DNA from: Octopus sinensis
Lineage: Eukaryota
NCBI RefSeq assembly: GCF_006345805.1
Contig: NC_043006.1
Coordinates: forward strand, 56,172,001-56,236,000
DNA: 64,000 bases
Direction: 5' to 3'
Both the position numbers and the translations under genes were made by a program. A model generated the notes under the pieces. That model was not told the origin of the DNA, did no database searches, and saw only the letters and a list, made by a program, of their open reading frames with translations. Positions 39,401-53,118 of this stretch are shown here, one piece after another (the stretch's first letter is position 1; each line of letters starts with the position of its first letter).

Positions 39401-40400
39401 ATATGAAGGACTTGCAAATAATTTATTACACAATCATCAGGAAATGTGATAGAAAGGATTTTATTGTCACTCGATTATTCCATGTTGATGTTTGAACTAT
39501 TTGCGTCTTTAAAATTCGGGTAAATAAGGATTTTACAATATCAAAGCTCCTTAGCCTGTATCTGTAAAATCATTCAATAATGAGGAAAGAAGATACGAAC
39601 TCTCATGTATATTAGACGCTATTCTGCCAAATATGAATACCACAGATAATGTGATGTGTTTCAGGAAGGCAACATATTCTGTTTCGAATGAGGTATTTGG
39701 AGTGCTTCGCCGGGAGTATTGAGATTGATCTGCTGAAAACAACATTGAAATTAATCATAACACATGAATGTGGGTAACTGAGAGAGAATGGCCAGCGAAA
39801 AAGAGAATTTATCTGGAATGTACTTATCTAATATGACAAGTAGGTAAGTCGTTAAGAGTATGATGGGCTGGAAAAAGAGGCTATTGGCTACACACCTCTG
39901 GTTCATCTCCAATTCTGTCTACTGATCGTACAAAACTGCCAGCTGAAAACCTTCCGTCTGTTTTGTATACTGACTCTTGAATTCACGAATTTGTTCAAAA
40001 ATGTCAGAGAAGGTATAACTTGCTAATAAACTTAGGGTGATTGAGTCTTAACCTAGGTTTAGGTCAAATAAGCTGGCAATTGACATGATGTACTTCTTCA
40101 GACAAGCTTAAAAAAAAAACGACGAATTACTGCAGAAAAATCAAGAACTGCACACTGCGTTAATGTCACTAACGAAACGAACGTAGCGGGAAACATACAA
40201 AAGTTTAAAAACTTAATCGCGTTCATTCTCTACAAACAAGAAGCATTCAGAGCATTGATTGTTTGGTAGTATTACTAAAAATGTTTGGTCAACTGTGTCA
40301 GTGTTAACTTACGACGCCAAACATTGATACTAACACACGGACGTAGCGGGGAACCTACAAACATTTCTAAGACCAGTCGAGTGACTATCTTCTACCAATC

Positions 40401-40404
<4 letters not shown>

Positions 40405-40484
<80 letters not shown>

Positions 40485-40579
40485 ATGTACGTATGCATAT
40501 GTATATATTGTATGTATATATGCATGTTTGTATGTATGTATGTATGTATGTATGTATGTATATATATATATATATATTA

Positions 40580-40610
<31 letters not shown>

Positions 40611-40675
40611 ATGTACGTATGCATATGTATATATTGTATGTATATATGCATGTTGTATGTATGTATGTATGTATG

Positions 40676-40720
<45 letters not shown>
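40405..40720. repeat. (TA)n/(TATG)n block with an internal ~125-bp duplication
   Basis: TTGTATGTACGTATGCATATGTATATATTGTATG occurs twice. Confidence 0.85.
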
Positions 40721-40721
<1 letters not shown>

Positions 40722-41489
40722 TCCGTAATAATGAAGGGTGAAATTAATTAAAAAATTCAATATTAATCATTTATGATTATAGTATTCTACGCTGAAGAGA
40801 AAAGAAGTTTCGGTAAGATAGAATTATTTAATATTAATATTTAATTCTTAGCTTTCCTAAAACTTGATTTCGAAACGTACGTCCGTAGATAACTTAAAAA
40901 ATGTATGATAGATTGCAGTCAATTCATTCTCTCTTACCTGTTTGTGTCAGCTTCCAATTGCTGTTTTTACTGAGATCTCCCTTTTTAGTAGAAGAAATAG
41001 CTATAACCCTTTGACTGCTATTTCTAAATTCGGTATGTGGTAAGGCAATTCGTTGCTAAACCCTTATTGCTTAGTATATATATATATATATATATTGTTT
41101 GTACGTATATATACGTATGCATGTGTATATATTGTATGTATGTATGTGAATTGGTGCTGACGTTGCAACATAATTTACGTAAACCGTAATAAAGGATCTG
41201 GACAAATTACAGATACATTATTCCAGTAAACCTTGTAAATATTGTTTAAAATTTTTTTTTCAGTTGTACATAGAAATCAAATCTCTCTCACTCACGTACC
41301 TCCTCTCTTCACACAAACACGTATATAGATTGAGTGCTTTTTGTATGATCGCTTCAAACTTATAATTTATTTTTTCCCAAAATTAAAATAAAATAATAAT
41401 AATGAAATCATAAAACCCATGTGTGTGAAACAATATTTGTGTAAGCTCTTCAATAAACAATATCAACCATTCTACATTTATATCATGTA

Positions 41490-41881
41490 CTAGCAGTATT
41501 GCCCGGCCCTGCTCGGGTTTGTTTCGACTCTTTAGAATTGGAAGTTTTGAAAAGTAAAAATTATGAATTATGTAGCTTGTTATTCTCTTTAAGTGAACAT
41601 TTTTCTGGTTGAAATACACCGGAAAATGGCGACACAGCAGTCAAAAAATCGTAAAAAATAGGGATTTTTATAGAAAAAAAGCACCTTTTTGATGTAAATA
41701 ATTTTTGGTGCTAACATGGTCCGATTTGAATTTTTTCTTCTACGGAAGGAAGAGCAAGCTTTCTTCTATCATACTTTCAGTTTTCGTCAACTTGCGCCGC
41801 AAGGTCTCGGAGGAGATAGTGTTAGTTGAAGGCTACCAGACCTGCCATACACAGACAACCTCAGCTTGATATATAGAGAGA
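41490..41881 (-). mobile_element. Non-autonomous Helitron
   Basis: Minus strand A|TC.. 5' end; 3' end has the GC hairpin CCCGAGCAGGGCCGGG followed by CTAG|T. Confidence 0.7.
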
Positions 41882-43418
41882 TTGAGAATTACACTTGAAA
41901 GAACTTAATCAACCAAGGACGCGCGCATTTATTTGTTCAACTTGAAAGTGTGCTACTTTATTAACATCTGATTTTGAATCTAGAAGTAGAAAGTTTAGAA
42001 AATTTTGTAATGTATTTTAACGTAATATGTGGTTCCTTGTGGGATTAAGATTTTAGTTCTGTGTTCAATATTGAGATTGTTGACGATGTTCTTGACGTTA
42101 TCCAAAATAATATTGTAGTGTATTTTTGCTTGCGGTTCAAACGGGATTTGATATGAATTGATGTTTTTCTATTTTTGTTCTATCTTATAGATATTCTTAA
42201 ACTTGCAAAGTTTTAAACATATGTTATTCGAGTGATACACGATTTTTTTAAAAATTGTTCGTAGAATATTTTAATCCCATGTCATTTCTGTTTAACTGTC
42301 TTGTCAACTCCAAAACCAAAATTTAAATTAATATCGCAATATGACAGCATACTGAAAATACTAAAAAAAACAAAAACATCTCACATAAGTAAACCTCTCC
42401 CCAGATCCATACTACAATTGAAGAACTTTTTTTATATACAAATTTCGACTTCGCATTTTGCTCACACTTTGAATTAGATTTGAGAAGCGTAAATGGAATT
42501 CTTCAAGACTGCCAATTCCACCACTACATTATTAACTCTAATAATAATTTATAACATTAGCACCGATAGACTATTGAACATTGAGCATTTTGTAGCCTAA
42601 GATGAAACACAATCAGACACTCGTGTATTTCGATATATTATCCTAAAGGAGCAGAATTATATAATTTTTACTCTGCAACATTCTTTTAAGAGATTAATAC
42701 TGATTTATAGCATAATGTGATATATTTGAAGTATGGAAGAAGTCCATTAAATCGATCCTCGTATTTGACTAGTATTCATTTAATCGACTCTGGAAAGCTG
42801 AAATGCATAGTCGACCGGAAATCGAGTGACGCAACTAAACACCACAAGTTATATTTCTGACGGTGTAGAGATTCTGTCACTTATACTGAAGGGAATATAA
42901 TTGTTTAAATCCAGTCTAAAAGAGAAAATAATTTCTCGTATCTACACATGTATTTGACTGAAACCTATAAGGATGAATATCAACTATATAACAGCAGTAG
43001 TATTTAATCTTAGAACGCAAAGCGACATTAGTAAATACCATAGGTATTTTGTCCGTAGCTCTACACGTTGCAACACATCGCTGATTTTTCTTACCTCATA
43101 GTATAGGTGTATAGGACTTACCTAACTTTCCGCAGTGGGGATGAATATGATTCCACGATCAATTAGAACATGTATTTACAAGTAATTACTTACAAAATGC
43201 AGCAGTTAAGAATATAATACCATTACTTTACCTGGGTGTTATATTTCAGGGATGGGGTGAGCTGTTTCCTAAAAAACGACTGGAGACTCTGCAAAAGTAA
43301 AGAAAAATAGATATGGAGACGAACAGCAGAATGATTCATGATTCATTCCAATGATATTGATGTAAATCTACATGAGACATAGATAAGCATTTTATTTTCG
43401 TGCCGACCTCCTGATAAA

Positions 43419-43470
<52 letters not shown>

Positions 43471-43620
43471 GTTGAAATGGAAAGATGAATTTTCTTGTTA
43501 CAGATTATTCAAAAGTTTAACCGATACCTGGGTATCAAAAATCACAGCAGAAAAAAACACGGTTGGAGATAAGACCATATGGTGTTGCAACCGTGCGTTG
43601 GTGCGGATAATTGAAGTTTA

Positions 43621-43865
43621 ATATAATTAGTGAATGGAAGAAATGGAGTTGAACGAAGATTGTACAGAATTCCTTTTATTACATTCTACACATGTTTCAA
43701 AGCCACAATTTTCCAATTCTGATTAAATAAGGATACCAAGCTGCAATATGGTATCCTTATTTAATCAGAATTTGGAAAATTGTGGCCTTTGAAACATGTG
43801 TAGAATGTAATAAAAGGAATTCTGTACAATCTTCGTTCAACTCCATTTCTTCCATTCACTAATTA

Positions 43866-43868
<3 letters not shown>
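43621..43868. repeat. Near-perfect fold-back palindrome with ~118-bp arms
   Basis: 43621-43738 is the inverse of 43749-43868. Loop AGCTGCAATA; two 1-bp indels. Confidence 0.9.
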
Positions 43869-43908
<40 letters not shown>

Positions 43909-44566
43909 ATACCCATATATATATATATAATATACCCACACAATCGAATTGGCAAATGAAAGAGCATAGCAACACAGCATATTTGGTTAGAATACTGTAC
44001 TATGAAAATACACCTGCCTGCTCACCGATCACTCGTTTTTTCTGACGTTTTGGCATGGCGTGAGGACACGACTTCCGCATCCCTATCCGGAGTTTTATCC
44101 CGAGAACTTGGTTTTGTTTACAAACTTTTAATTAAGCCAATGACATTACCATTTCAGACGATAGAAGAGATGAAAGAAAATCAACTACTTGAACCTTGCA
44201 CTACCCAATAATCCTTACTAATTCTTAAAACGCAAATACTAAAACGTTAATCTTTTCTACTTGTTACAGTCACAGAGTTGTGACTAAGCCAAAGCTTAAC
44301 CACACTAGACTTGCTTCACCTAAACCCTTCAAGGACTCCGGTGCTTATTTTCGGTTTCTTCTGTCTTTTGTCAAACTGCAATGTTATAGGGACGTAAAAA
44401 AATCCCCGGGGCTATACAAAAAAAAGGTATCATCCAAATTCCAGCGCAGTGTGATTGGGATACAAGGGAACATGGTTGTGAAGTACGCTTCTCCTTACAC
44501 AGCTACGTCAGCGCCTGGCTAAATAGCAACTAATAAGTATGTATGAAGAGTCACTTTATTTTGTAA

Positions 44567-44962
44567 CTAGCAGTATCGCCCGGCGTTGCTCGGGTTTGTA
44601 AGGGAAATAACTATATAAGCATTTTTAGAGATGTAAAGTATAATAGCCATCTCAATATGGCTAACCATAAAGGTGGGGTGTTACTGTAGCTTTTTACGTT
44701 CTGAGATTTAATAATAAATTTTTAGAGAGTTACTTCCCTTATATATGCCAAAAATGCATTAAAAATGGGAAAAATTGATGGTAATTTTTTTTTTAATCGT
44801 AGACTCATCGTAGACGCACGCTAATGCACAGAAGGGCTCGATATGAATCACGACTATAAGATACCAGGTTTTGGTTAAACTGCACCGCAAAATGTGGGAG
44901 TAGTTAGGAATCTAAATCGTAGGAGACAGACACTCACACAACCTCACTTTTATATATAAAGA
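44567..44962 (-). mobile_element. Non-autonomous Helitron
   Basis: Minus strand A|TC.. 5' end; 3' hairpin CCCGAGCAACGCCGGG followed by CTAG|T. Termini are shared with 41490-41881 but the interior differs. Confidence 0.7.
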
Positions 44963-45027
44963 TATGAAACAATCACATTTAACAAAAATACGTACACACA
45001 TATATAAAAAGAAAGAAAGAAGGAAAT

Positions 45028-45063
<36 letters not shown>

Positions 45064-45434
45064 AAGAGAGAGAGAAAGAGAGAGGGAAAATCAGAAAGAA
45101 GGAGAGTGAAACAGAACATATGTAAACCTACCTCACGGCGTTGGGGTATATTGATGAAGTTCATAGTCGACGTAATTCCCACGTTTACAGCCACTGTTTT
45201 GATTATAGATGGGAAGATGAAAGAGAAACTGCAGTTCATTTTGATACCGTAGTTTTTTAGTGTGTAGGTTCCTGAGTGCGTAATTGATATGACGTTGCAA
45301 GCTGGAAGTAAATTAATGAAGCGAATAACGTAAACAAGCAGATATAGTTAAGAAACGCTAATAGAGCAGTGATCAGATATAACAATATGTTTGTACGCAC
45401 TATATATTTATGTATTGCACTCGCTCTTATATAA

Positions 45435-45463
45435 ACATACATGCATACATACATACATACATA

Positions 45464-45494
<31 letters not shown>

Positions 45495-45828
45495 CATACA
45501 TACATACATATATACATACATACATACATACATGCATACATACATACATGCATACATACATACATATATACATACATACATGCATACATAAATACATACA
45601 TACATACATACATACATGCATACATACATACATACATATATACATACATACATACATACATGCATACATACATACATACATATATACATACATACATACA
45701 TACATACATACATGCATACATACATACATACATACATACATACATACATACATACATACATGCATGCATGCATACATACATACATGCATACATACATACA
45801 TACATATATACATACATACATGCATACA
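45435..45828. repeat. (TACA)n microsatellite
   Basis: Visible run. Confidence 0.95.
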
Positions 45829-46159
45829 TGCTGAATGCCGTACACAATAATCTTTTTCAGGAATAGCATAGACGATCATTTATCTTATATCTAGCCTGAA
45901 GTATTCAAGAAAATATATTGGCAAACGATTATGTCATTTGACTAAAGATGGTGAGCGCATAGGTTCGATTCCTGTTTTGACAGAGTGTCGTGCTTTCGTG
46001 AACACGGCTTTTCATTTCAGGTTATGCTAATTGACTTAGAAACTAGCATCAGAGGAAACTGGTAGTTAAGCCTGCAGTGGAATGCTGTCCGGTTGAGCAG
46101 CGTGTCTTTGTCTCTGAATTACCTACATAACTTACATCTCTGGATAAAGAATACATTCA

Positions 46160-46204
<45 letters not shown>

Positions 46205-46414
46205 CTTTAATCATAAAATCAGGAAGTATGAGAGGTGACTATAGATTTCTTTATGATTTCCATATAATTAAAGCTGTTTTGTAATCTTATCTATGTAGTA
46301 TCGTTTATTTCAACATTTCAATACACATATTTTACATGTATACGCATGCTTAGCATTATAAAATACAAAAGTATATTCACATACAAATGTAGAATAAAGA
46401 AAACTATTTCATCT

Positions 46415-46626
46415 TTACTTTTTTACTTTTTTACTTTTTACTTGTTTCAGTCATGTGACTGTGGCCATGCTGGAGCACCGTCTTTAGTCGAGCAAATCGA
46501 CCCAGGGACTTATCCTTTGGAAGCCCAGTACTTATTCTATCGGTCTCTTTTGCCGAACCGCTAAGTTACGGGGACGTAAACACACCAACATCGGTTGGGG
46601 AGACAAACGCAGACACACGGACATAT

Positions 46627-46657
<31 letters not shown>

Positions 46658-46830
46658 CATATATACGACGGACTTCTTTCAGTTTCCGTCTACCAAATCC
46701 ACTCACAAGGCTTTGGTTGGCCCGAGGCTATAGTGGAAGACACTTACCCAAGGTGCCACGCAGTGGGACTGAACCCGGAACCATGTGGTTGGTAAACAAG
46801 CTACTTACCACACATCCACTCCTACGCCTA
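46415..46830 (-). mobile_element. SINE family B, full length
   Basis: Closely similar to 10551-10965. Confidence 0.85.
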
Positions 46831-47581
46831 TAAATATACGCCCGAAAATATATATTGCAACATTATGGCTAAATCCAGGATGTATCCATATTGTTTCAAT
46901 CCCCATATATAGCTGGCAAAAGTTGTAACATTACGCCTTTCCTGAACTCTAAAAGAAAATCTATAACTATCCAGTCTAGTCGTAATGTGGCCCTCCACTG
47001 CCCCTACGTATTTCTATATATGCAAACGTCATGCTAGCGCGGTCTGACAATATTTATAAGACAAATTTGCACTCTTGAGGGAAGGAGCCGAAAACCTCGC
47101 TTTTGCATCTTATAGGTGGCCGGGTTAAGATATTCTTTTTCTCAGTTAAGTAGAGTTTGCATATCCTACTGCTGTTAAAGTAATACCTACACTTATATAT
47201 ATTCCACTTTATGTCGTAGGCCTAAGAACTCGTGGCGTAGATCAATACAAAAGGAACTAGTGGAAGGAGGGCATTCATGGCAGAGTATAAATACAGAAGC
47301 GAAACATTATGCGACATGGGATTCAATTATAAGTGGCCTATACTCCGCGTTGGATGGTTAAAGGCAGAAAAAAAAGAAAAAAGGAAACAAAAGAAAAAAG
47401 AAAAAAAAGAAGAAAAAAGAAAAAGAAAAAATGCAGTGTTTTCATTTCGTCTGTCTTTACGTTCTGAGTTCAAATTCCGCTTTTCGGGGTCGATAAATTA
47501 AGTACCGGTTGCGTACTAGGGTCGATCTAATCGACTGACCCCCTCCTCCCAAATTCCGGGCCTTGTGTTGGTGTAGAAAAG

Positions 47582-48130
47582 AATATACAGTGTTTTCTTT
47601 CAATGTCCATGTATACTTCGCCAGGGATGTGGTATTTAGTATTTCTTGGATATTAAACGAGGATTTGTTGTTTAACCGATCTCTGAATAGGCCTCCTGTC
47701 ACGCTCACATATTTATACACATCTCTCGCTCCATTAGAATCTAAGAGATGCAAAATATCACATCTCTGGTGAAGCATACATGGACATTGGATGAGAACAT
47801 TGCACATTATGACATCAAGTGGAATATACTCGATAAGTGTAAACAAGACTTTAGCTGCAGTAGGATGTGTTACTTCTGCTTAACTGAGAAAAGGAACTCC
47901 CCAATCCAGCCATCTATAAGCTGTAAAAGTGAAGTCTTCTGTTCCTTCCCTCAGTAGAGAAAAATGTGCCTTATACTCATAATCGAATGCAAGAGTATCA
48001 CCCTAAAGCAGTTCATGTTTGAAGCTCCGACGAAGCTATAAGCTGATACTCAAGCAGTCAAGTATGAGTTCATTGTAACTTACCGCAGAAATAGCTATGA
48101 GCTGAAGATGTTCATAGCGTAATTGTTTAT
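47582..48130 (+). mobile_element. Decayed PLE GIY-YIG fragment with an inverted upstream EN segment
   Basis: Plus: TSLVKHTWTLDENIAHYDIKWNILDKCK..CYFCLTEK. Minus (47582-47700): VTGGLFRDRLNNKSSF..NTTSLAKYTWTLKEN. Confidence 0.6.
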
Positions 48131-48443
48131 TCTGTTATCATACCAATTTCTTATATATATACATACATACATACAAACAAACACACACGCACATACATTA
48201 GGACCACTGAGGATTATAGGTGCACTGGGATATGTAACATACTGCCAAAATTAGGCTTCCCAAAGCCAGAAAAAGGAAAGCTGATTCGAAGACTACAGAT
48301 CCAATCCACCACTGGAACTGTAAAAATCTGTAAAACTTTCTAGAAGTTTATCATTTAAATATATATGAGCATGTCTAGATATGCAAGTATATAGTATATG
48401 CATGGGAAGACATACATAAAACAAAGCATACAAATCTGCACGT

Positions 48444-48575
48444 ATACATACATACATACATACATACATACATACATACATACATACATACATACATAAT
48501 ACATACATACATACATACATACATACATACATACATACATACATACATACATACATACATACATACATACATACA
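48444..48575. repeat. (TACA)n microsatellite
   Basis: Visible run. Confidence 0.95.
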
Positions 48576-49089
48576 AACAAACAAAAATACCCTGTTGCTG
48601 ATGCTGAAATTCCAATAAAAGAGCCTTGGATTTTGGTTAGAAATTACCTCTTTTCTATTGGCTAGAAATCTTGAAATAAAACTGAATAATGACGTACATA
48701 CATGCATGCGTACGTACGCATGCACGTACATACATACTTACATAGATCTGAATATACGTGTATATATATTTTCTTAAACATAAATAAGTAAATCGGTACT
48801 TACGCAATGAGTTCTTGATGAATTTTACCCGTAAGGTGAAACCCTGTCCTTTTATTGGGACATAAAAGTTAATAAGAGCTGCGTTCTGTGATGCAATGAA
48901 CTTGCGTCTTGGCCTATTGATTCCACAATATCTTTCATCGTGTAGATTCCTGGGTAGATCGTTAGGACTGGGGAAGAATTGGTTGTTCAGCTCCCATCCA
49001 TCAATGATCTAAAGAAAGACAAAAGTAATAATTTTACTCATATTTTTGTATGCACGGAAATATTTATCGAATGTTCTCAAAGTACAGAT

Positions 49090-49395
49090 TTGTTCAGTGA
49101 TGTAAAATTTCACTAAGCAACTGACATTGTCGCTTACGACAACGAGTATTCCAGCTGATCCGATCAACGGAACGGCCTGTCCGTGAAAATAACGTGAAAG
49201 TGGCCAGCACTCCACGGACACGCTTACCATTAACGTAGTTCTCAGGGAGATTCGGTGTGACACAGAATGTGACGAAGTTGGCCATTTGAAATACAAGTAG
49301 TGCACGTTCAACTGTGTGGACTGGAGCAATGTGAAATAAAATGTCTTGTTGAAGGACGTAACTCATCACTGGTATTTGAACTCACGTCCTTACGT
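49090..49395 (-). mobile_element. tRNA/CORE-type SINE
   Basis: CORE-like GTGGACTGGAGCAATGTGAAATAAAATGTCTTG is shared with 63721-63900. Decayed B-box end at ~49380. Confidence 0.55.
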
Positions 49396-49609
49396 TCACG
49401 AGCTAAATACAGTAACAACTAAGTCACGCGCCTTCATGTCATTATACTTATTCGGGATGGTTAAAACCTTCTATTTATACATCATTCAGAAGAAATCTCG
49501 TTTAAAAATAGGTCGTATGACACCTTGTAACACTCCTAGAAACTACTTGTTTTGTTATTTTTATTGTTGCTGTTTGGATATGAAGAGGTTATAGTGGTGG
49601 TGGTTGTAA

Positions 49610-49830
49610 GGCGGCGAGCTGGCAGACACGTTTGCGCGCCGGGCGGAATGCTTAGCGGTATTTCGTCTGTCGTTACGTTCTGAGTTCAAATTCCACCGAG
49701 GTCGACTTTGCCTTTCATCCTTTCGGGGTTGTTAAGTAAAAGTACCAGTTTCGCACTGGGGTTGATCTAATCGACTTAATCCCTTTGTTTTTCCTCTCTA
49801 TGTTTAGCCCCTTGTGGGCAATAAAGAAAT
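49610..49830 (+). mobile_element. SINE family A with 17-bp TSD
   Basis: Flanked by ATAGTGGTGGTGGTTGT at 49591-49607 and 49833-49849. Confidence 0.85.
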
Positions 49831-51049
49831 ATATAGTGGTGGTGGTTGTGTTATTTAGCCCCAGGTCAGCAAGAAAATCTTTTCGTAACATCTATTTAGG
49901 ACCAGTGAAAATTAAACTTGCCAGTCGAATCATCCTTCTCAGATCATACAAACTACTGATATTTCATATATTTAAGAAGCAAAATTATTTCCTTTTTGAG
50001 AAAAATTAAATGATCACTCTAAGGTTTCCATATGTTATTTATTGGGAAACAGGTCGTAATGGGATTCACAATATATTTCCACGTGGATATAAAACTTTTA
50101 GTCCAAGTGGAAAAATATAACGCTTTTTCAATTATTTTGTCTATTTGTTTGATTTCTAAAATTAGTATAATCCTAATGCAATAAAATTTGAAACAGAAAG
50201 CTGATTCCGTAATTTACAAAAATGCTGCTGGTATCTTTACCACAACTTCAAAGCTGCAATATTTAACACAGAACATTACTATCATTTATGAAATAATCGG
50301 AAAGTAGGTGTGACTAATTTAACATTGAAACTAAACTAAAATGCAAGACCCAATATATGAACGAAACTACTTTTTCAGGGAACAGATAATTTGTGAAATG
50401 TTCACATCATAATGTGTAAATTGAAACAGAAGTTATTTGACCGATAATGGCGAATGTGAAATACCTAACAATAGATTCATAAGTTTCCTTATTGCTTTAG
50501 CATTGCAAGTGGTATAAAAGGATATTTTCTATTGTGCTGCTCTATGTTGCATTTTAAAGCTATACCAATTAAACTATTTTTTAAAAATATCTGAAAATAT
50601 TTGTACAAAGTCAAGAAAGACGTTATGAATTAATGATTCAATTCCTCAGGAATTTATTTGTTATCATTCATTATCAAGTCAACAATAAACAGCACCCAGG
50701 AGTGAAACTACGAAAACTTAAGCTTGTCAGCAATTAAATCTAAGTCTTTGATCCGAATCAAGACAAAATCGAATGTCCATGGTTTTGTGTTCAATTACCG
50801 CCGAAGACGGCTTTGACTTTCACGTTTTTCGATGCTGATAAAATAAACATCTGTTGAGCAGTATGGGTCCAATATTGCTTTTACGAGAGTAACGTGTAAA
50901 AGGAGGATGTTATTAATAATATAGAAATGATATTGATTAAAGCTGTTACATGTATCCATCTGTATAAAATCAGACTTATATGTACACATATAAATATGTT
51001 CACACGCACACACACTCACGCACTCACACACACACACACACATCATCTA

Positions 51050-51245
51050 TTACTTGTTTCAGTCATTAGACTGCGGCCATGCTGGGGGACCACCCTGAAG
51101 AATTTTTAGTTGAATGTATCGAGCCCAGTACTTATGTTATCAATCATTTTTGCCGAACTGCTAGGTTATGGGGACATAAACAAACCAGCATTGTTTGTCA
51201 AGCCTTGGTGGAAGGGGGGACAAATACACACACGCGCACACACAC

Positions 51246-51294
<49 letters not shown>

Positions 51295-51425
51295 TATTAT
51301 ATATATATATACATACACGACGGGCTTCGGTCCGAGGCTATAGACGAAGACACCTGCTCAAGGTGTTACGCAGTGAGACTGAACCCAGAACAATGTGGTT
51401 GGTAAGCAAGCTTCTTACCACGAAC
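51050..51425 (-). mobile_element. Older SINE family B copy
   Basis: Head, internal (TA)n and tail motifs are present but diverged. Confidence 0.7.
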
Positions 51426-51666
51426 ACACAAATACATATCTATAAAAGTTTGAACATTCATCTGCACATATATATCACATCACCTGGTGACCTCAGTGTG
51501 AGTCCCCAGGTCACCAAAAGCAATATAGAAATGAGCATGACTTATTAAAGCAACATGTGATCTAGCTCTGAAATCACACCGTTGGGAATGGTGGTTTGCG
51601 GGAAGACTTCTCTTCTGTTGGTCCCTTTTCCTGTTTTCCTATAACTGCTCAAAATATATGCATATT

Positions 51667-51835
51667 GTTGGTGTATTTACACCCCCGTAACTTAGCACTT
51701 CAGCAAAAGTGACCGATAGAATATGTACTAGACTTGCAAAGAATAAGTCCTGGGGGCGAATTCTTCGACTAAAAGCGGTGCTTTAGCATGGTCGCAGTCA
51801 AATGACTGAAACAAATAAAAGAACAAAAGAATACA
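51667..51835 (+). mobile_element. SINE family B 3' half
   Basis: GCGGTGCTTTAGCATGGTCGCAGTCAAATGACTGAAACAAATAAAAG tail. Confidence 0.7.
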
Positions 51836-51838
51836 AGA

Positions 51839-51872
<34 letters not shown>

Positions 51873-52070
51873 TAAGCAATATAGGATGCTTGCTACAGGA
51901 GACTGGTAACCATTACAATTTGTAGCGGCGAAAGGTCTGGACGTTTTTTCTGAGGCTGACCAAAGAATTTTTATTTTAGATATAAGTGATGTACTCAAGT
52001 GTAGTTATGTTTTTAGCTTGTGCTTTTTCCATGATCATACGTGAGTATTTTATTTATATCCCATCGAAAG

Positions 52071-52133
52071 TTCTACTGAAGAAGGAATATATCTTTTTTA
52101 TAAGATTAAGTCCGAAATTGATTCAATATAGAG
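52071..52133 (+). ncRNA. Type I hammerhead ribozyme, unit 1
   Basis: TTCTA-CTGAAGA-A-GGA..ATCTT/AAGAT..TCC-GAAA-TTG-ATT-CAA-TA-TAGAG. Predicted cleavage after 52128 (AUA). Confidence 0.75.
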
Positions 52134-52562
52134 ATAACGAAATTTAAATTTTCTAAAGGTTAGTTGCCCGTTTTCAGTTTCAATTTTCCTGTAACAAGCG
52201 GATTATAAGTGGATAAAACAGTGTATTTGGCTTTAGAATAACCCTCTTAGCCCTTAATTATATGATGTATATTGCAAACGTAACGGTTTTTTTAAATATA
52301 CTGCCCACGCTTCCTGATGAATTCCTTTGCTGTAGAGTAAGGGACTTCATCCTATATTGCTTAGTAGTAAACTCGATGCTTGCTACAGGAGGACTGGTAA
52401 CCATTACAATTTGTAGCGGCGAAAGGTCTGGACGTTGTTTTCTGAGGCTGACCAAAGAATTTTTATTTTTAGATATAGTGACTGTACTCAAGTGTAGTTA
52501 TGTTTTTAGCTTGTGCTTTTTCCATGATCATACGTGAGTATTTTATTTATATCCATCGAAAG

Positions 52563-52625
52563 TTCTACTGAAGAAGGAATATATCTTTTTTATAAGATTA
52601 AGTCCGAAATTGATTCAATATAGAG
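52563..52625 (+). ncRNA. Type I hammerhead ribozyme, unit 2
   Basis: Same motif; predicted cleavage after 52620. Confidence 0.75.
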
Positions 52626-53055
52626 ATAACGAAATTTAAATTTTCTAAAGGTTAGTTGCCCGTTTTCAGTTTCAATTTTCCTGTAACAAGCGGATTATAA
52701 GTGGATAAAACAGTGTATTTGGCTTTAGAATAACCTCTTTAGCCCTTAATTATATGATGTATATTGCAACCGTAACGGTTTTTTTTAATTATACTGCCCA
52801 CGCTTCCTGATGAATTCCTTTGCTGTAGAGTAAGGGACTTCATCCTATATTGCTTAGTAGTAAACTCGATGCTTGCTACAGGAGGACTGGTAACCATTAC
52901 AATTTGTAGCGGCGAAAGGTCTGGACGTTGTTTTCTGAGGCTGACCAAAGATTTTTATTTTTAGATATAAGTGATGTACTCAAGTGTAGTTATGTTTTTA
53001 GCTTGTGCTTTTTCCATGATCATACGTGAGTATTTTATTTATATCCCATCGAAAG

Positions 53056-53118
53056 TTCTACTGAAGAAGGAATATATCTTTTTTATAAGATTAAGTCCGA
53101 AATTGATTCAATATAGAG
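53056..53118 (+). ncRNA. Type I hammerhead ribozyme, unit 3
   Basis: Same motif; predicted cleavage after 53113. Confidence 0.75.

Noticed and set aside
52306-52350. Second hammerhead per array unit (CTGATGAATTCC..)
   Set aside because: No GAAA follows the stem, and GATGAA is paired off by the downstream TTCATC. It is only a hairpin.
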